Source: the human T2T-CHM13v2.0 reference genome, Homo sapiens
DNA length: 64,000 bases
Strand: one strand, 5' to 3'
Assembly (NCBI RefSeq): GCF_009914755.1
Contig: NC_060926.1
Shown: positions 59,438 through 64,000 of the stretch, in pieces
Layout: each line of letters starts with the position of its first letter
Position numbering within the stretch: the stretch's first letter is position 1
The notes under the pieces: generated by a model
Seen by the model: only the letters and a program-made list of their open reading frames with translations
The model's database searches: none
Told to the model about the DNA's origin: nothing
Position numbers and translations under genes: made by a program

Positions 59438-64000
<4,563 letters not shown>

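Overview
Eukaryotic (human or great-ape) pericentromeric-type segmental-duplication mosaic. From recalled protein sequences it is most likely human 2q21 (NBEA pseudogene plus C2orf27A/C2orf27B); that placement is not verified by a search. From left to right: two unprocessed NBEA pseudo-exons; a ~3.5 kb gamma-satellite-like (GSATII) array; a ~9 kb degenerate 18/19-bp satellite (HSAT5-like) with internal strand switches; then a large inverted duplication (left arm ~12166-22700, right arm ~42830-52406). Each arm carries a CDRT15-like pseudogene. The ~20 kb spacer holds TBC1D26/TBC1D3-like pseudo-exons and nested retroelements. Right of the palindrome are a CpG island, a TAR1 element with a degenerate interstitial telomere, and a long decayed L1. 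The most notable structure is that both CDRT15-like copies have a dead native first exon, yet each can be completed into an ORF (203 aa and 209 aa) by a different, unrelated upstream exon. One comes from an out-of-frame ATG in an NBEA pseudo-exon, the other from sequence just beyond the duplication breakpoint. I see no intact conserved protein-coding gene and no evidence of a new enzymatic system; the novelties are structural and evolutionary. Repeat subfamily names are by eye and approximate.
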